Shown here: one piece after another, positions 1-24,344 of the stretch
Numbering within the stretch: the stretch's first letter is position 1
How the letters are laid out: each line of letters starts with the position of its first letter
From: Octopus vulgaris
Taxonomy: Eukaryota
DNA length: 64,000 bases
Reading direction: 5' to 3'
Assembly (NCBI GenBank): GCA_951406725.2
Contig: OX597827.1
Location: 33,170,001-33,234,000, forward strand
The notes under the pieces: model-generated
Told to the model about the DNA's origin: nothing
What the model saw: the letters and a program-made list of their open reading frames with translations, nothing else
Databases searched by the model: none
Program-made: the position numbers and the translations under genes

Positions 1-374
1 TTATAAGCCTGATAATTCTTTTTATTAACCCGATTTACATCAAGAAATTAAATTCCCTCTTCATTGATCACACGCTCTTAATCCACTGCAGGTGTTTTAA
101 CATTGAACCTGTTCATTTAGTGGTATGACTGAGGGGTGGTGGCAGTGATGTCACTGTTGGTAGTCAGGAATTTAATCTTTTGTTGTCATTTTACTGTTGA
201 CATACACTGCCTTCAATTTTGAAAATAATGATGAATTTAGTACACTGACGTTGTCCTTATTAAGCTATCATTTAGAGCATAAATTAACATGGAATTTTGT
301 GAAAGTTTCAAGTCACTAACCTGTTTAATATATTTGTTGAAATACACTGCTTTTATTTAAATCAATTTTTAAAA

Positions 375-700
375 TCATCATCGTTTAATGTCTGCTTTCT
401 ATGCTAGCATGGGTTGGATGATTTGACTGAGGGCTGGCGAACCAGATGGCTGCACCAGGCTCCAATCTTGATCTGGCAGACTTTCTACAGCTGGATGCCC
501 TTCCTTACACCAACCACTCCAAGAGTGTAGTGGGTGCTTTTATGTGCCACCGGCACAAGGGTTAGGCCCAGGTGGTACTGGCAATGGCCACGCTCAAATG
601 GTGTTTTTTACATGCCACCTGCACAGTAGCCAGTCCAGCGGCACTGGCAACAACCTCGCTTGAATGTTTTTTCACATGCCACTGGCACATGTGCCTGTCT
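375..700 (-). mobile_element. SINE-like repeat with (GAT)n tail (RTE-type 3' end); many other copies, e.g. ~6660-6960, 10585-10800, 36330-36570, 38105-38460, 53200-53540, 55945-56280
   Basis: Shared core ttggcgttaggaagggcatccagctgtagaaa...catgccagcatggaaaa..gacgttaaatgatgat, with internal gtgccaccggcac subrepeats. Confidence 0.75.
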
Positions 701-1893
701 TTATCAGACTGGTGTTTGAGACATAAATGAACATGAAATTTTGATAGAAGGTTCTAATTTGGATCATTTAAAACTGCAAGATTAGATCACAGACCCAGGG
801 CCGTCTCAGGTATGATGGTATCAAGAGTTTACAACTTGAATGTTATGTTTTTTTTTCTTTTTCTTTTTCTGAGGACAAAAATGGGTACAGATGTGGAATA
901 AACTACTTTCACCTGTGAGGGGTTCTTTCGAAAGCCTTGGCTTTCTCTTATTCCTCATCATCCAGTGTTTCAAATCTGAGTTTTGTCCCCATTAATGAGG
1001 GTGGCCAGATCCACCTCAATGCCATAGCAACTGAAGTAGGCAGGTGCAGCTCACCCCGACCTTTGAGCTGGCTAGTGCCCATTCTCCTTTGCTATCATGA
1101 GGCATTTTTTTGGAGCTGGTTTTTCTACAGGGAGCATGCCCTTGCTTAGCTGCAACCTCAGTTTCTAGACATGAGTGGTCCCAAGACCAAGGCCTTTACC
1201 ACAATTTTTAAGAAATGTGGTGGAAAACTAGCTCAGGAAGGCAGGGACACTACTCCCTGAGACCCCTTTCAGAGCCCTGCTACCTATTATTTATATATTT
1301 CTATTATTTATCCTCTCACTTATATCTTTCTATTTCACTTCAAACAATTTTGTGCTTAGTATTTGCAGGCACTGACCATCATTGGTTTGCTCAGTCCTTG
1401 AGTACCCCAGGTCAGATGTGTCTTGGTAACGCGCACACACACACACACACGATGGGCTTCTTTCAGTTTCCATCAACCAAATTAACTTGCAAGTCTCTGA
1501 GTTGGCCCAGAACTATATTAGAAGACAGTCGCTAAAAGTTCCGTGCAGTGTGACTGAACCTGTAACCTTGAGGTTGACATGCAACCCATAAACTTGGACA
1601 ATTTTTGTTAATTCCTCTCCTATCAGGACATGCAAACATGAAGACATTATAATTTCCTTTTAAATACAGTGTCATTGTTATCACCATCGTTTTTACATCT
1701 GTTTTTCCATGTTTCCTTGTGTCACATAAATTCATTGTGTAGAATGCAATAAGGACCACAAACTTATACCTGGTTAATAAGGTTCATTTGGCTGGTGGAA
1801 ATGGTCATTTTAAGATTGAAATCTTTTTTGGATTTTTTTTTTTCTTTTCTTGATAGTAGGTTGAAAATAGCAAATAGCTTCAGAAGCCTTTTG

Positions 1894-2440
1894 GGATCTT
1901 TACCTACAGATTTAAAAAAATAATTTTTTGTAACTAAACACTTTCAAACTTCGGACACTGGTAGAATGTGTCATATAAAACATGTTTTACTCTTAGCATT
2001 TTTGAGAAAAACTTATATTTAGGAAGTAATTTCACGTCAAAGTAGTTGTATTTCAGTAATTTCAACCAATCAATGACGTGTATTCAGCTGAATAAAATTC
2101 CTGCCGTTGTTTGTCAACAACAACTATCGGTAGTGTATTTTTCGCTTGTCACTGTTATTTATGACATCGTTAGGTTTTCAGGTTAGGGTTGTCATAAATA
2201 ACAGCGACAAACGAAAAATACAACGGCAGTAATTTTATTCAGCTGAATACATGTCATTGATTGGTTGAAATTACCAAAATAGGACTACTTTAACGTGAAA
2301 TTACTTCCTAAATATAAGTTTTTCTCAAAAATGCTAAGAGTAAAACATGTTTTATGACACATTCTACCAGTGTCCGAAGTTTGAAAATGTTTAGTTCCAA
2401 AAATTATTTTTTAAATCTGTAGGTCAAAAGGTGAAGATCC
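1894..2440. mobile_element. Foldback MITE with GGATC termini, nearly fully palindromic
   Basis: 1894-~2110 is the reverse complement of ~2222-2440. An inner stem gtcactgttatttatgaca/tgtcataaataacagcgac closes a loop containing ttagg/ttaggg. Imperfect 8-bp TSD gccttttg/gctttttt. Confidence 0.85.
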
Positions 2441-2459
2441 GCTTTTTTGTCCTCTACAA

Positions 2460-2773
2460 CAGTGCTTCTCAAACCATCTGATGTGGCATACTGGCAGTTT
2501 TTTTTTTTTTTTTTTTCTCTCTCCCTAATGTACCAGGGACCGGTAATATTAATTTATACTGGAAACAATATATATAATGAATATAATAAAAGTTGACAAT
2601 TTCTTTTTATCTTATATTTTTGTAAACAAATGATACTATATTACATAAGCTGATAAGTTGCTTACTGCAGTTCATAAGGAAAAATTACTGAAATTATGCT
2701 ATTGTTTCTTTCTTTTCTGGAAACTCGACACTGGCAGCTGATGGCTCACAGACCACCACTTTGAGTAGAACTG
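2460..2773. mobile_element. hAT (Charlie-type) MITE
   Basis: TIRs cagtgcttctcaaa / tttgagtagaactg; 8-bp TSD ctctacaa / ctctacat. Confidence 0.75.
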
Positions 2774-3274
2774 CTCTACATGTCTTTCAGTCTTTATAAA
2801 AAATTTTATTCAGAATTAAAGTATAATGAAAGTCACTCGGCAACAAAAAAGCTATGTCATTCCTTTTATCATGGTCACGTAATCAGATAAGCAATTGTAA
2901 AAAAAAAAACCCCAGTTTTACAAGGAAATATTTGAACAAGTATAATAAAGACTGTTGTCCTTTATTAAAATTTGCTTATTGCTTGTGTGTTGTTAAGTGA
3001 AAATATTCTATATTTTTTACTGGCATTCTATTGTTCTATTATATTAGAATAGCATTCTATTATTATTTCAATCATGAGACTAATGTTATGTTGGGGTACG
3101 ACTCTCAAAGGATTTTTTTAAGATCAATTATATTGGTTCCGGAAATAACTTCAATCCATTTCTCTTATCAAGTGCCTACAATCTGAGTTTTGTTTTGTTT
3201 GTTTGTTTAATTGCCACAGTGATATATTTACTGTATTTTAAAAATATTTTTTGAATTTCTCTCTTTGTTTCAGA

Positions 3275-14160
<10,886 letters not shown>

Positions 14161-15037
14161 ATAGGACTGTTTTTAAGTACACACTCACATTCACGCACGC
14201 ATGTGTATACACACACACAGACACTCTAGACAGGATTGGTAGAGCATCAGAGAAAATACCTTGTGGTACTTCTGGTTACCACCTGAGTTTTCACACCCAC
14301 ACACACAGTAAAGCATTAGACAAAATGATGCCCTTTGTATTTTGTCATCACTCTTTTTACCATTCTGGGTTCCTAACTTGTGTAGAAAAGAAATGGATTT
14401 GTAGATATGCCCCTACACACGCTCACAATTGGTGGAATATCAGACAAAACACCATTTTGGTATTTTTATTGTGACCTTGTTACAGTGCGTGTGTGTATGT
14501 GTGCCTGTATTCAAATCCTTTATCATATCAACTTTTTCTTTCTTTCATCGTTCCTTCCATGAGACCAGTTTCATTTGTACCTGTGTACAATTTGCACCTG
14601 TGTGAAATACTGGAGTTGATGTAATTGACTGCACATTGTTAAGATGTCACCCCACAGCATGGCTACAAGACCATCGAGTGAAACCAGGAAAACAACTTAG
14701 AAAATCGCATAAGTATATAGAATACCCTCACCACAGAACCAGATAATAGGGATGTAAAAAAAACCCAGAAAACAAACAATAGTGCAACAACAATAAAAAC
14801 CTAACATAAACGCTGACTACTTAAAAGCCACGATTTTTTTTTTGTAGTTTTTGCATTTGAAACTGAGCTGGTATAAGATTTAGATAATGACAAAACATTT
14901 TTTTTTTAAACCCAAACAATTATTCCAGTGTATAGAATTTCATGATAAATATGGATCTTATATAGTTTGTTGGAATGTGATTTCTATTTTTATATTTAAC
15001 TTTCGTTCTTTTTGAACTTGTCCATTTTACTTTTTTT

Positions 15038-15049
15038 AATAAAAATAAA
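15038..15049 (+). promoter_or_regulatory. Tandem AATAAA, candidate poly(A) signals of the cathepsin gene
   Basis: AATAAAAATAAA about 880 nt after the stop, followed by a T-rich tract. Confidence 0.45.
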
Positions 15050-16208
15050 ACTTAAAAAGATATTCAAGATATTTTTTTCGTTTTCCATTCTCACCCTCAC
15101 TATCTTCTGTGAGTCTCATGTACAATTATCAGGTGTCACTAACTGTGGAACATGACATACACAGTCTCTCTACCATTCCTCATCTCTCTCTCTCTCTCTC
15201 TCTCCTGTACATGCTTACATCTTCTGTCCCCCTCCACTCCCATTTCTTTTGCCCCCATTCACTTCTCACACAGATGTAACATCACTATTTTTATTTCTTC
15301 CCAACTCTACCCTGATCACATGCCCTTACACACACACACTCTTCTAAAATATAAATTGCCATGTGGCCCCTCTATAGCAGGAAGCCTATTCTGATCTGGC
15401 CCCTTTTCTCTTACTTTAACCCCTCATCTTCTGTCTCTCAAGCCTTGCAAGTGATATGGCAACCTCACTAGTGTTGGTGGCATGCAGAAAGTACCTGTAA
15501 AGTGTAAAATAGTTGGTATTAGGAAGGGCATTCAGCTGTAGAAACCATGTTATTGTAGACAGTGGAGCACAATGCAGTCCTTTGGGTCATTGTGCCCATG
15601 CCAGCAGGAAACAAGACTTGTTAACCGTGTGGTTGGGAAGCAAACCTTTAGACCATACAGTTATGCCTACATCTATCAAATACATACTTTTCTAAGACTG
15701 AAGAAGTTTTGAGTTTGTTTCTAACAGTTTCAATGTCATTTATTACAAATATACACTTTACCCTATCACGACAAAAGTAATTTGACAGTCTACATTTTCC
15801 CCTTAGTTAAACTTAGTTAAGACAATTCGATCAGCACACATTCTGTATCTCTGCTGATTTCTACAGTCTCAGATAACTTCTGCACAACAATTACCACAAA
15901 ATTGTTTCTTCAAATCAATTTCCAGATATAGCTGGATGATAAAGTTTCCATTCTTCAACCAGTTTCCAAAGTAAAGAGCTAGCTTCCAATCAGATATCTC
16001 CAACAAAATTTCTGTTCTTGTATCTAACATGAACCATTTCACATAGAACCTTCTGCTAGTCTCTTGATTCCTAGCATTTCCTCCATGAATCTCACCGGCT
16101 TTCGAACACCAACTCTGATTTTTATGTTCTACAAAAAATGCAAAGTTAATACAAAACCAATTGATTCATTTACTTTATTGTTATCTCTCTTGAAACAAGT
16201 CTCCAGAA

Positions 16209-16938
16209 TTAAAGTGTTGCAATTTTGGGGGTTATGACAAGATTTTTACGGGAAGCTGAACCAGCATAGCTAGGCAGTCCCATTTTTTTCAGTTCTTCAG
16301 TTGCCAAAAAGCAAGGCTGCAAAATAAGCTCATTTTTGGAATTAACTTCATCTAAAGTATAGGCATATTCATGTCCCTTAGGAATTCTACCAGGGCCTGG
16401 TATCTTAGGGATATGACAGGCTTTAGCCTCTAAGGTTTCAACTAAGTCATCATGTTTCAATACTTTGGCTGGTTTATCAGTAGCCTTCTTGGGGCAAGAT
16501 TTGGCTTCGAATTTTGAAGTAAGTCTTTTCTTTTGTGCTTCATCTTGTTCTTCAAAGCGTATAAATTTTTTTGGAGGAATCACTTCTCTTTCAAATTCTT
16601 CTGGAAAATTTCTGCTTTTTACATCTTCCTTACTTTGTACTACTGCACTAGGTGCATAAGTGAAGAGGTCATTTGCACTCTCTGCAGCTTTACTGTTGTA
16701 GCGAAATATGTTTTTATCTGTTGCATTAAAAGGATCAGGGTAATTTTCTGGCTGGATAGGGGCGTAATCTTCATTACCAGGATGCTCCTTCAACCAGTCT
16801 CTTAGACAGACTGCTTCATGTCCACGTGAACCAATGAGAGAGCAGTTACAGCCACAGACATAACATACTATATTGTTTGTTTTGTATGCCTGACTGAACT
16901 CTGTAGAAGTTCTTTTTTCTGCTTCATTTGATTTATCC
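16209..16938 (-). CDS. Uncharacterised protein with a ZNF474-like C2HC zinc finger, paralog A (large last exon; start codon must be in an upstream exon)
   Basis: Acceptor tttctttgtag| at 16939-16940, then an open frame extending ORF 16209..16793 by 48 codons: DKSNEAEKRTSTEFSQAYKTNNIVCYVCGCNCSLIGSRGHEAVCLRDWLKEH... It has CX2CX11HX3C-x3-W and downstream P-x-x-P and YN-x-x-A as in ZNF474-type repeats. It is colinear with paralog B; AATAAA (minus) at 16174-16179. Confidence 0.82.
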
Positions 16939-18077
16939 CTACAAAGAAACAGAAATTAACACACATTAACAAAAAAAAAAAAGAATTCATCTTTACCAAT
17001 AAAGCAGACATTGGTGCTCGATGCAGTCCTTGGAATTATTAGATCCTGTCTAACCTATGCCAGCAGGGAACAAAGACATTAAATGATGATGACCAATGAT
17101 AGGTTATGTTATCAATAAACTAACAGTATGATGAATCTGTGGTCAGTTAGCTTGCTAGAAAGAACAGCTAAATCTCCTTCATACCAACATTGCAATGCTT
17201 CTCAAAATTTTTGGCTATTGTGACCCCTACTTCCTTTCTCTTAAGAAAACTTTTTCAATGCTTTCTTGCTTTGACCTAGCAATATTAAAAACTTATGTAC
17301 ATATCTATATAGAAGCTTGCATAAGTGAGGAGCTTACCTAATGCTGCCTGAAGTGGCTGCCTTTACTACATGGACATACCACAAATTTTGACAATGTCGT
17401 TTAAATTCTACTTTTGTCTCCAGTACTCTTATAAAAGTTGTCCTCTTTGTAACTAGTATCCAAAAATTTCAATCACCCCCCCCCCAGGAGGTAGTGGGAG
17501 ACTACCACTCAATTTGAGACACACTGCTCTACTGACCTAAGAAAAAAGACATGGATACACTTTGTAGTCATAGATACGCTTTGGTAAAAAAAAAAAAAAT
17601 GGAAAGATGGTTACATGAGAAACATCTGTAATCTTGGGCTTTACTGGATTTGAACTGAAGAAAAGCAACCAACAAGTACCCTCTTCATAGGTCACCCTAA
17701 CAAATCCTCTCACAAGACTTAAAGCTTTGTGAGGGGATTGGTTAGACAATAACTGAAGAGAAGCCTCGTGTGTGCCCTTGTCCTGACATTATGTGATGAT
17801 TGCAAATGAGCACCACTGTTGTACAAGTGGTGTTGATTTCCAGTCTTCTGTGGATATATTACACAGGTGAGGGTTGACAACAGAAAGAGTATCCAGCCAG
17901 AGAAGCTAGCTCAAAAAAACCTATCTAACCCATGCAAGCATGGAAAAGTGGACGTTAATACAATGATGATGAGGTTGAAAGCTGAGATAATGACAATTAT
18001 ATTCAACAAAATGTTGATGCAATATTTAAAAGAAACCTCAATCTTTTAGGATAACTCTAAAGTATAATTGTTAGAGA

Positions 18078-18299
18078 AGGCGGCGAGCTGGTAGAACTGT
18101 TAGCATGATGGGCGAAATACTTAGCGGTATTTCGTCTGCCATTACGTTCTGAGTTCAAAATCTGCTGAGGTCTACTTTGCCTTTCATCCTTTCAGGGTCG
18201 ATTAAATAAGTATTAGTTATGCACTGGGGTCAATGTAATCGACTTAATCCCTTTGTCCTTGTTTGTCCCCTCTATGTTTAGCCCCTGTGGGCAATAAAA
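18078..18299 (+). mobile_element. MetaSINE-like tRNA SINE; other copies at ~22278-22500, 39779-40570 (cluster), 42053-42450 (-, internally duplicated), 46880-47316 (-)
   Basis: ggcggcgagctgg head, gagttcaaa B-box, gcctttcatcctttc.gggtcgat domain. Confidence 0.75.
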
Positions 18300-18301
18300 T
18301 A

Positions 18302-18827
18302 TTTGGTTGTCCAGAAAGTTCATGCCGATTTATAGCAGCTTACCTTTCGACTTATTTTAGAACATAGTTTAGTTCATAAAATAGGATTTGACTACACCTC
18401 CATTTAGAGCACAGTTTAAGCTATCTTTTTGTGGAAGAAGGTTTATGTTCCTATAACCTGTGTTAATTCTGTACTTGATGCTTTGGGAAGCAGACAAAAA
18501 TTGCTGCAGCTCAGCTGGGATGTGTTACCCCACCCTCCATATTCACCAGATATTGCTCCTTCAGATTTCCACTTATTCAGGTCTCTGTAGAATAGTCTTA
18601 ATGGTAAGAATTTCAATTCCTTGGATGACGTAAAAAGATACCTCGATGAATTCTTTGCTATGAAACCATCTCAATTCTGGGAAGAGAGTATTTTCAAGTT
18701 AAAGGAAAGATGAAGATGCATTGTGCAACAAAATGGTTCATATTTGGTTGATTAAAAATGTAATGGCAAGTTTTATTGACCTTTTTCTGTCCTTTAAAAA
18801 TCGGCATGAACTTTCTGGACAACCCAA
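18302..18827 (+). mobile_element. Internally deleted mariner (DD34D) element
   Basis: ~30-bp TIRs ggttgtccagaaagttcatgccgattt at both ends, TA on the left. Internal frame KLLQLSWDVLPHPPYSPDIAPSDFHLFRSL*NSL...QNGSYLVD* has premature stops. Confidence 0.92.
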
Positions 18828-19919
18828 TTGTTGGTGAAGACCAAAAAAATTCAAAAATTCAAAATAAGCAACTGGTACTTAATTTATCCCCCTGAAAGGA
18901 TGAAAGGCAAAATCAACCTCTGCAGAACAAAGTGAAAATACTGAGTTGTGAAAGAATAAAAAATTATTCTACAATATGGGTGAAAGGCATTCTGAATAAT
19001 ATTCTGCAATGTATTCTGTGCCTCTTCTGCTCACATCATTATTGGGCAACAATCAAGAGGAAGTTAAATAGTTTTAAAAAAAGTAAACAGTTATTTTCTT
19101 TCTGAATAAACAAAAATAACCTGTTTTTTGTCTTTTTTTTTAAATTTCATAATATAAATCTTGGATAACCTGTTTTTGTACAATTTCATTCATATATATA
19201 ATCATCCACCTGTTACTTGTTTCAGTCATTAGACTGGCAGGAAGAATTTTTAGTTGAATGAATTGATTGCAGTACTTATTCTTTTAAGAGCCTGATACTT
19301 ATTTTATTTTTGTTTGCTAAACTGTAAGTAATGGGAACATAAAGACACCAAGACCGGTAGTTAAGCAGTGACAGGGGAATGACGGGCTTCTTTCAGTTTC
19401 CATCAACCAAATCTACTCACAAGGTTTTGGTTGACTCAAAGTACCAGGCATTGGGACTGAACACAGAAATGTGTTTGAGAAGTGAGCTTCTTACTACACA
19501 ACCAAACCTGCACCGATATATAATGCAAAAGATATATATATGAAATAAAAGAAGGAAAATGCACACAGTTTACATAGTTTTAATATATTTTAAATGAAAG
19601 AGCATAGTGGTTGTGAACTAGTTTCACTTTTGCTAATCATGGCATTGAAATTATTGCAATTTCGTATTTTTCAAAGATTTTAGTCCAAGGTCTTATATGA
19701 AAGCTTCTGAATGAATCAACAAGTAGCAAAATCTAAAGGGGGGGGGGGTAATTGGTAGTTGTTATTACTCAGAACAGGGGAGGTAACTGCTCATTTTTTT
19801 GGGGGGGAGGCAAATAAATACAAAAACTCAAAAGCTAAAGTAGTGAGATGAAATATGTACAGTGATGGGTATGTGATCATGAATTAAAAGATATACTGAA
19901 ACCATGTTTGTTATGTGTT

Positions 19920-20500
19920 CATATTTAAGTATGTTCTGTATTTTTTGATAAATGAATTTTCTTTATTTAAATGTTCTTGTACAGAAATTGTTTCTTTGCA
20001 CTGGTAGATGGGGAAAACTGAAATTTGGTTGGAGATTCCCCGCACATCTTTCTATGTGTTCACTCAAAGGTATCTGTTTATACTTTGGGAAATGGATCTG
20101 TTCCTTATGTAGTGTGGTTCTCCATCTAAGTGACATACTTGTCTGTCCTATGTAGCTATGTCCACAACCTGAACAAGTTGTAACATAAATTAAATTATCA
20201 GATGCACAAGTGAAGTTGGTCTTAATTGTGAACCTCTCTCCCTGTTTGAGTTGGAATTCTGAGCCTTCAGTTCGTTGGGGCATGTTCCACAGTATGGATA
20301 TCCACATTTTTTAACCCTTGATTTCATGATAAAGCTTTGCATTTGTCAAGAGTCTTTTCAGCAATTTTGGTTGTCTTTTTACATTTGATGAATTTATGTG
20401 TTTTCAGAATGTTGTTCATTTTAGGATCCCTGGTGAGCATTGGTAGATTTTGTACAATATTATGTATCAATTGAAACTTTACTTTATTTTTTGGATGAAG
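19920..20500 (-). mobile_element. Penelope-like retroelement fragment with GIY-YIG endonuclease (frameshifted)
   Basis: ORF 19963..20307 has FTCASDNLIYVTTCSGCGHSYIGQTSMSLRWRTTLHK...LSEH (GIY-YIG with CxxC, R...H). ORF 20324..20539 resembles the upstream linker. Confidence 0.85.
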
Positions 20501-21358
20501 ACATAACTCAGCATCAGACGGACAATAGTAAAACTGCATATGCCATGAAACATTTTTAGGACTTTTTCTGTTGGTCTTTCAATTTTTAATTCTCCTTCAA
20601 ATTCATTCCAGTTGATTTCTAATTTGGTATATCTATGTAGCTTTGCATGCTAATTATAGAAATGAAAGTAATTTTTGCCTTAATTTGATAATTTAAAAAT
20701 AGCTTTTAATGTCTGCAAATTTAGGCTAATTTTAGCCAATCGAAAGCCTGTCTCCATAGTAAAAAGCCAGGCTGTTGTGTAGTCAGCCTGCTTTCCATTT
20801 TGTATATGATGGAGATATTGAAAACTGAGGAGGATGCAGTTGATCAGGCAAATTTATGATCAAAATGAGCATTTAATGTTGAATAGCCCAGTTTTAGAGT
20901 GACCTAGGATTATCATAATCTAGTCCTTCCTTATTTTATGACGTTAGGGTGTTCTTTAGGAGGAGATTTGGTTTTGCTTTTTCCATCAGTCCGATTGTTA
21001 CCTGAACTAAACTACCGTATATTTTTTTCGAAATTTAACGTTCTGGTATTTTTCGCATTACATGCCTGTTCCAACATTTCACATGACTTTATTAATTAAA
21101 ACTTATTAAAACTCGTTGAATGATTTGTTGTTGCAATGTTGTCATCACACACAAAATACCAGCTTCCAAATCTTGTTTTCTCATTGGGTAAAAATTTACA
21201 AACTTCAAAAGCCTTTTCTTAAAAATGTTCTTTAACAAGTGAATAACATCAGATTCACTGAGAAAAATTACATCAATATATCAAATTTGAAAATTTTCAC
21301 AAAGTTCCTATTTTTAAAAGGGGTAAAATTGCAGGAAATCTTGCATTTCAAGTACTTA

Positions 21359-21739
21359 CTAGCACTATGACCTGGCAACGCCGGGTCATAGTGCTAGTGC
21401 ATGAATATACAGCTGCGTGCATGTGCACATACACGCGAGTACTGTCCAAATCTCCGACCAATCACATACAGCTAGCTGGCATTCAATTGGCGTATCAAGT
21501 TTCGGGCATTTTGATCGGGTTTTTATATAGAAAATTCACCAAAAAGTCACTTCTGTCGAATTTTTAATGGCTTTGCTGGGTGACTAGGGAAATGTAACGA
21601 TATGCACGACCACCCTTGGACGGTTTTGAATGACCATAGAAAGTGCGAGCCCTCTAACTGAAAAATTGTGGATGTGTATAAAGGACACACGCACGCGCAC
21701 ACACACACACACACATTTTGCCGTTTATATATAGAGAGA
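21359..21739 (-). mobile_element. Non-autonomous Helitron (381 bp)
   Basis: On minus: A|TC 5' end at 21739 followed by tatata and (GT)n. The 3' end has a GC-centred hairpin and CTAG|T at 21359-21362. Inserted between A and T with no TSD. Confidence 0.8.
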
Positions 21740-23839
21740 TGCCTGCAGGACTAATAATGGAATTAAAACGATCCGGGGAAATATAAAAATAGACTTGGGT
21801 ATCCTAAGTAAGGGAAACGAATCTGTAAATGCTTCCTGAAAAGTAACTTATTAAATGTTATTAAATGGAAATTAATTTAATATTGTCTTTGGTTAAATAT
21901 TTTCGAATTTATTTTCATAACTTCTTAGGAATGTTTCCAATTGCAATATCATTATTATTGTTATTGTTTTGGGACTGGTTTATTTTTCTGGTAATTCTTC
22001 GTGATAAAGATGTTTTGGACAACCAATTTATAAGGTGTTTATAAAAGTGTAGCAGTATGGTTATTATCTCTTTTATCTCTAGTCTTTTCCAAATGACTTT
22101 AGCAACATCGTCATTAAAGTTAAAATAAAAGAGCTGTCATTAAAAAAAATTATACCTTTTGATAGATAGATATTAAATATAATCGGGTTATTAAACTGAT
22201 TATTTAATAAGTTGACTTTTAAATATTTAAATATTCGTTCCACTAAATCGACATACCGGACTGTTTGATTTCATTATTGGTGGCGAGATGGCAAAATCGT
22301 TAGCACGCCGAGCAAAAATACTTCGCTGCATTTCGTCCGTCGTTATATTCTGAGTTCGAATTCCGCCGAGGTCGACCTTGCCTTTCATCTTTTGGGGGTC
22401 AATAAAATAAGTACTAGTCGATCTCTGGAGTTGATGTAATCGACTTGCCTACCTACCCCGAAATTGCTGGCCTTGTGCCAAAATTTGAAATCATTATTAG
22501 TCCCACAGATAAATGTACGTAAAACAAAAGATTATCCTTGTATATTTTAAACACTCATCAGTAAACCTTTTTAAACATTATCTTATCAGGAGGGCTATAG
22601 TGCAATCTTAGAGTATAACTTATGCTTTCACTTCAGTTTTCCTGTCAGTCAAATTTGTAAATGAATTTCAATAACAATCAATGCACAATCGATAATGATT
22701 TAAAATAAAAACGGGAAATCTTTCGTTATATGTACGTATAATGGCGGACAACATAGTAAAAAAGAAAACAAGTATTAACTTTTACACGACAAACCAGTTT
22801 TCATTTCGGAGATCTCAACGGAGCAACATTGAATACAAACACAATAGAAGGGACATGGAGTTTAGTTAAAAGTAAATATCGCTCCGGGCATGGAACTTGA
22901 AAGAAACTCTTTTCAACTTAAAATAATTTACCTGGCACCAGTTTCAGATACATTAACATATGGGTGATCGTTTCTGTGAAATGAAGATTGGCAGCAGTTC
23001 TTTCACTTTGTGGTCCGGGGGAAATACCAGCAAAAAAGTAAAAGGGATAAGCTATACGAGCACACAAAGAAATACACAGATTCACTTATAAATGCATACA
23101 TACATAGTTACCAAAATAAATTCTCAAGTTTCGACAGACTCTTTTTTCCAGTATTTTCTGGCTGAAAAGTGATATTTATGTTGTCGTTGTGTGCTTGTGA
23201 GTAATATAAATTGACGAAAGTATAAAGATATACTCGAAAATAAAGACTGTTAAAATGGCCTTGCAAAGGCAACCATTTTCTTTTGGGAATTTCCCAACTT
23301 TGAAAAGAATGATTTGAGCGTTAACAACTCACGTCACACGTGAGAACGGTAAACGGAAGAAAGAAAAGAGTTCTTCATCAAACGATGTTTTTTGATTTGC
23401 TAACGGCAATCTTGGATAATAAAGTATAAGCATACTTCAGCTTCGGAAATCAGTCCTATGACATACGACTTAACTCGAGGAACAACGTAGTACCAAAACA
23501 CCAAATCAGTAACAACAAGAATTATTTCACGGCTCACATCTGTACATATTTTCTCAAGTATTTTATTTGATTTTAGGTGGGGTTTTTAAAAAATATTTAT
23601 GTTTTTAAATATATTCGTTGAGACAGATGTAAAAAAAAAAAAAAAACACAAAAAGAAAGCAGAGTTTATCGACGGAAGTCAAGGTTTATTTTCTTACGTT
23701 TTAATTGCTTTAAAAAAATACGTGAAGTCGAAAACTGACGTAACTCAAAATGACGTAAGTTCAAGTATGCCTGTCCCACTTTTTTTTTCTTCACCCCAAG
23801 ACTTTCTAGAGGGTTCCCATCTGTAATTTGTTAGCTTTT

Positions 23840-24344
23840 ACTTAACACTGACCTTTAGCTTGTCCTCCCCCACCCCAGCCGAACCCCACCGCCAATATTA
23901 ACGCTCTTCATCCAGCTCCCCTCTCTACCCCCATCGCTAACCTTCCCCCACCTCCCTTTATTCACCCCACCACTCCCGTTACAGCTAGCCTACATGCATC
24001 ACCTCCTGCACCCCATCCGAATCCCACCACCAGAGTTAATGTTGTTCACTCAGCTTCCCCTTTACCTCCAGCACTATTCTTCCCCTCCCTCACCGTCTGA
24101 ATTCTAATTCTAATATTGACCCCACTGATACTGCCAGTTCGCCTCTAAGATGTGTCATTGATTGGTTGAAATTACCGAAATACGACAACTTTAACAAAAA
24201 ATAACTTCCAAAATACAGAATTTTCTCAACAACGCCAAGAATAAAAGATGTTTTGTGTGACACATTCTACAAGTATACGAAGTTTGAAAGTGTTAAGTTA
24301 GAAAAAATTATTTTTTAAATCTGTCGGTCAAAAGGTAAAGATCC
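23840..24344. mobile_element. Partial member of the GGATC-terminus MITE family: right arm preceded by C-rich ~138-bp degenerate tandem repeats
   Basis: 24150-24344 matches the right arm of 1894-2440 and ends aaggtaaagatcc. Repeat units begin cccagccgaacccc (~23874) and cccatccgaatccc (~24012). Confidence 0.65.
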
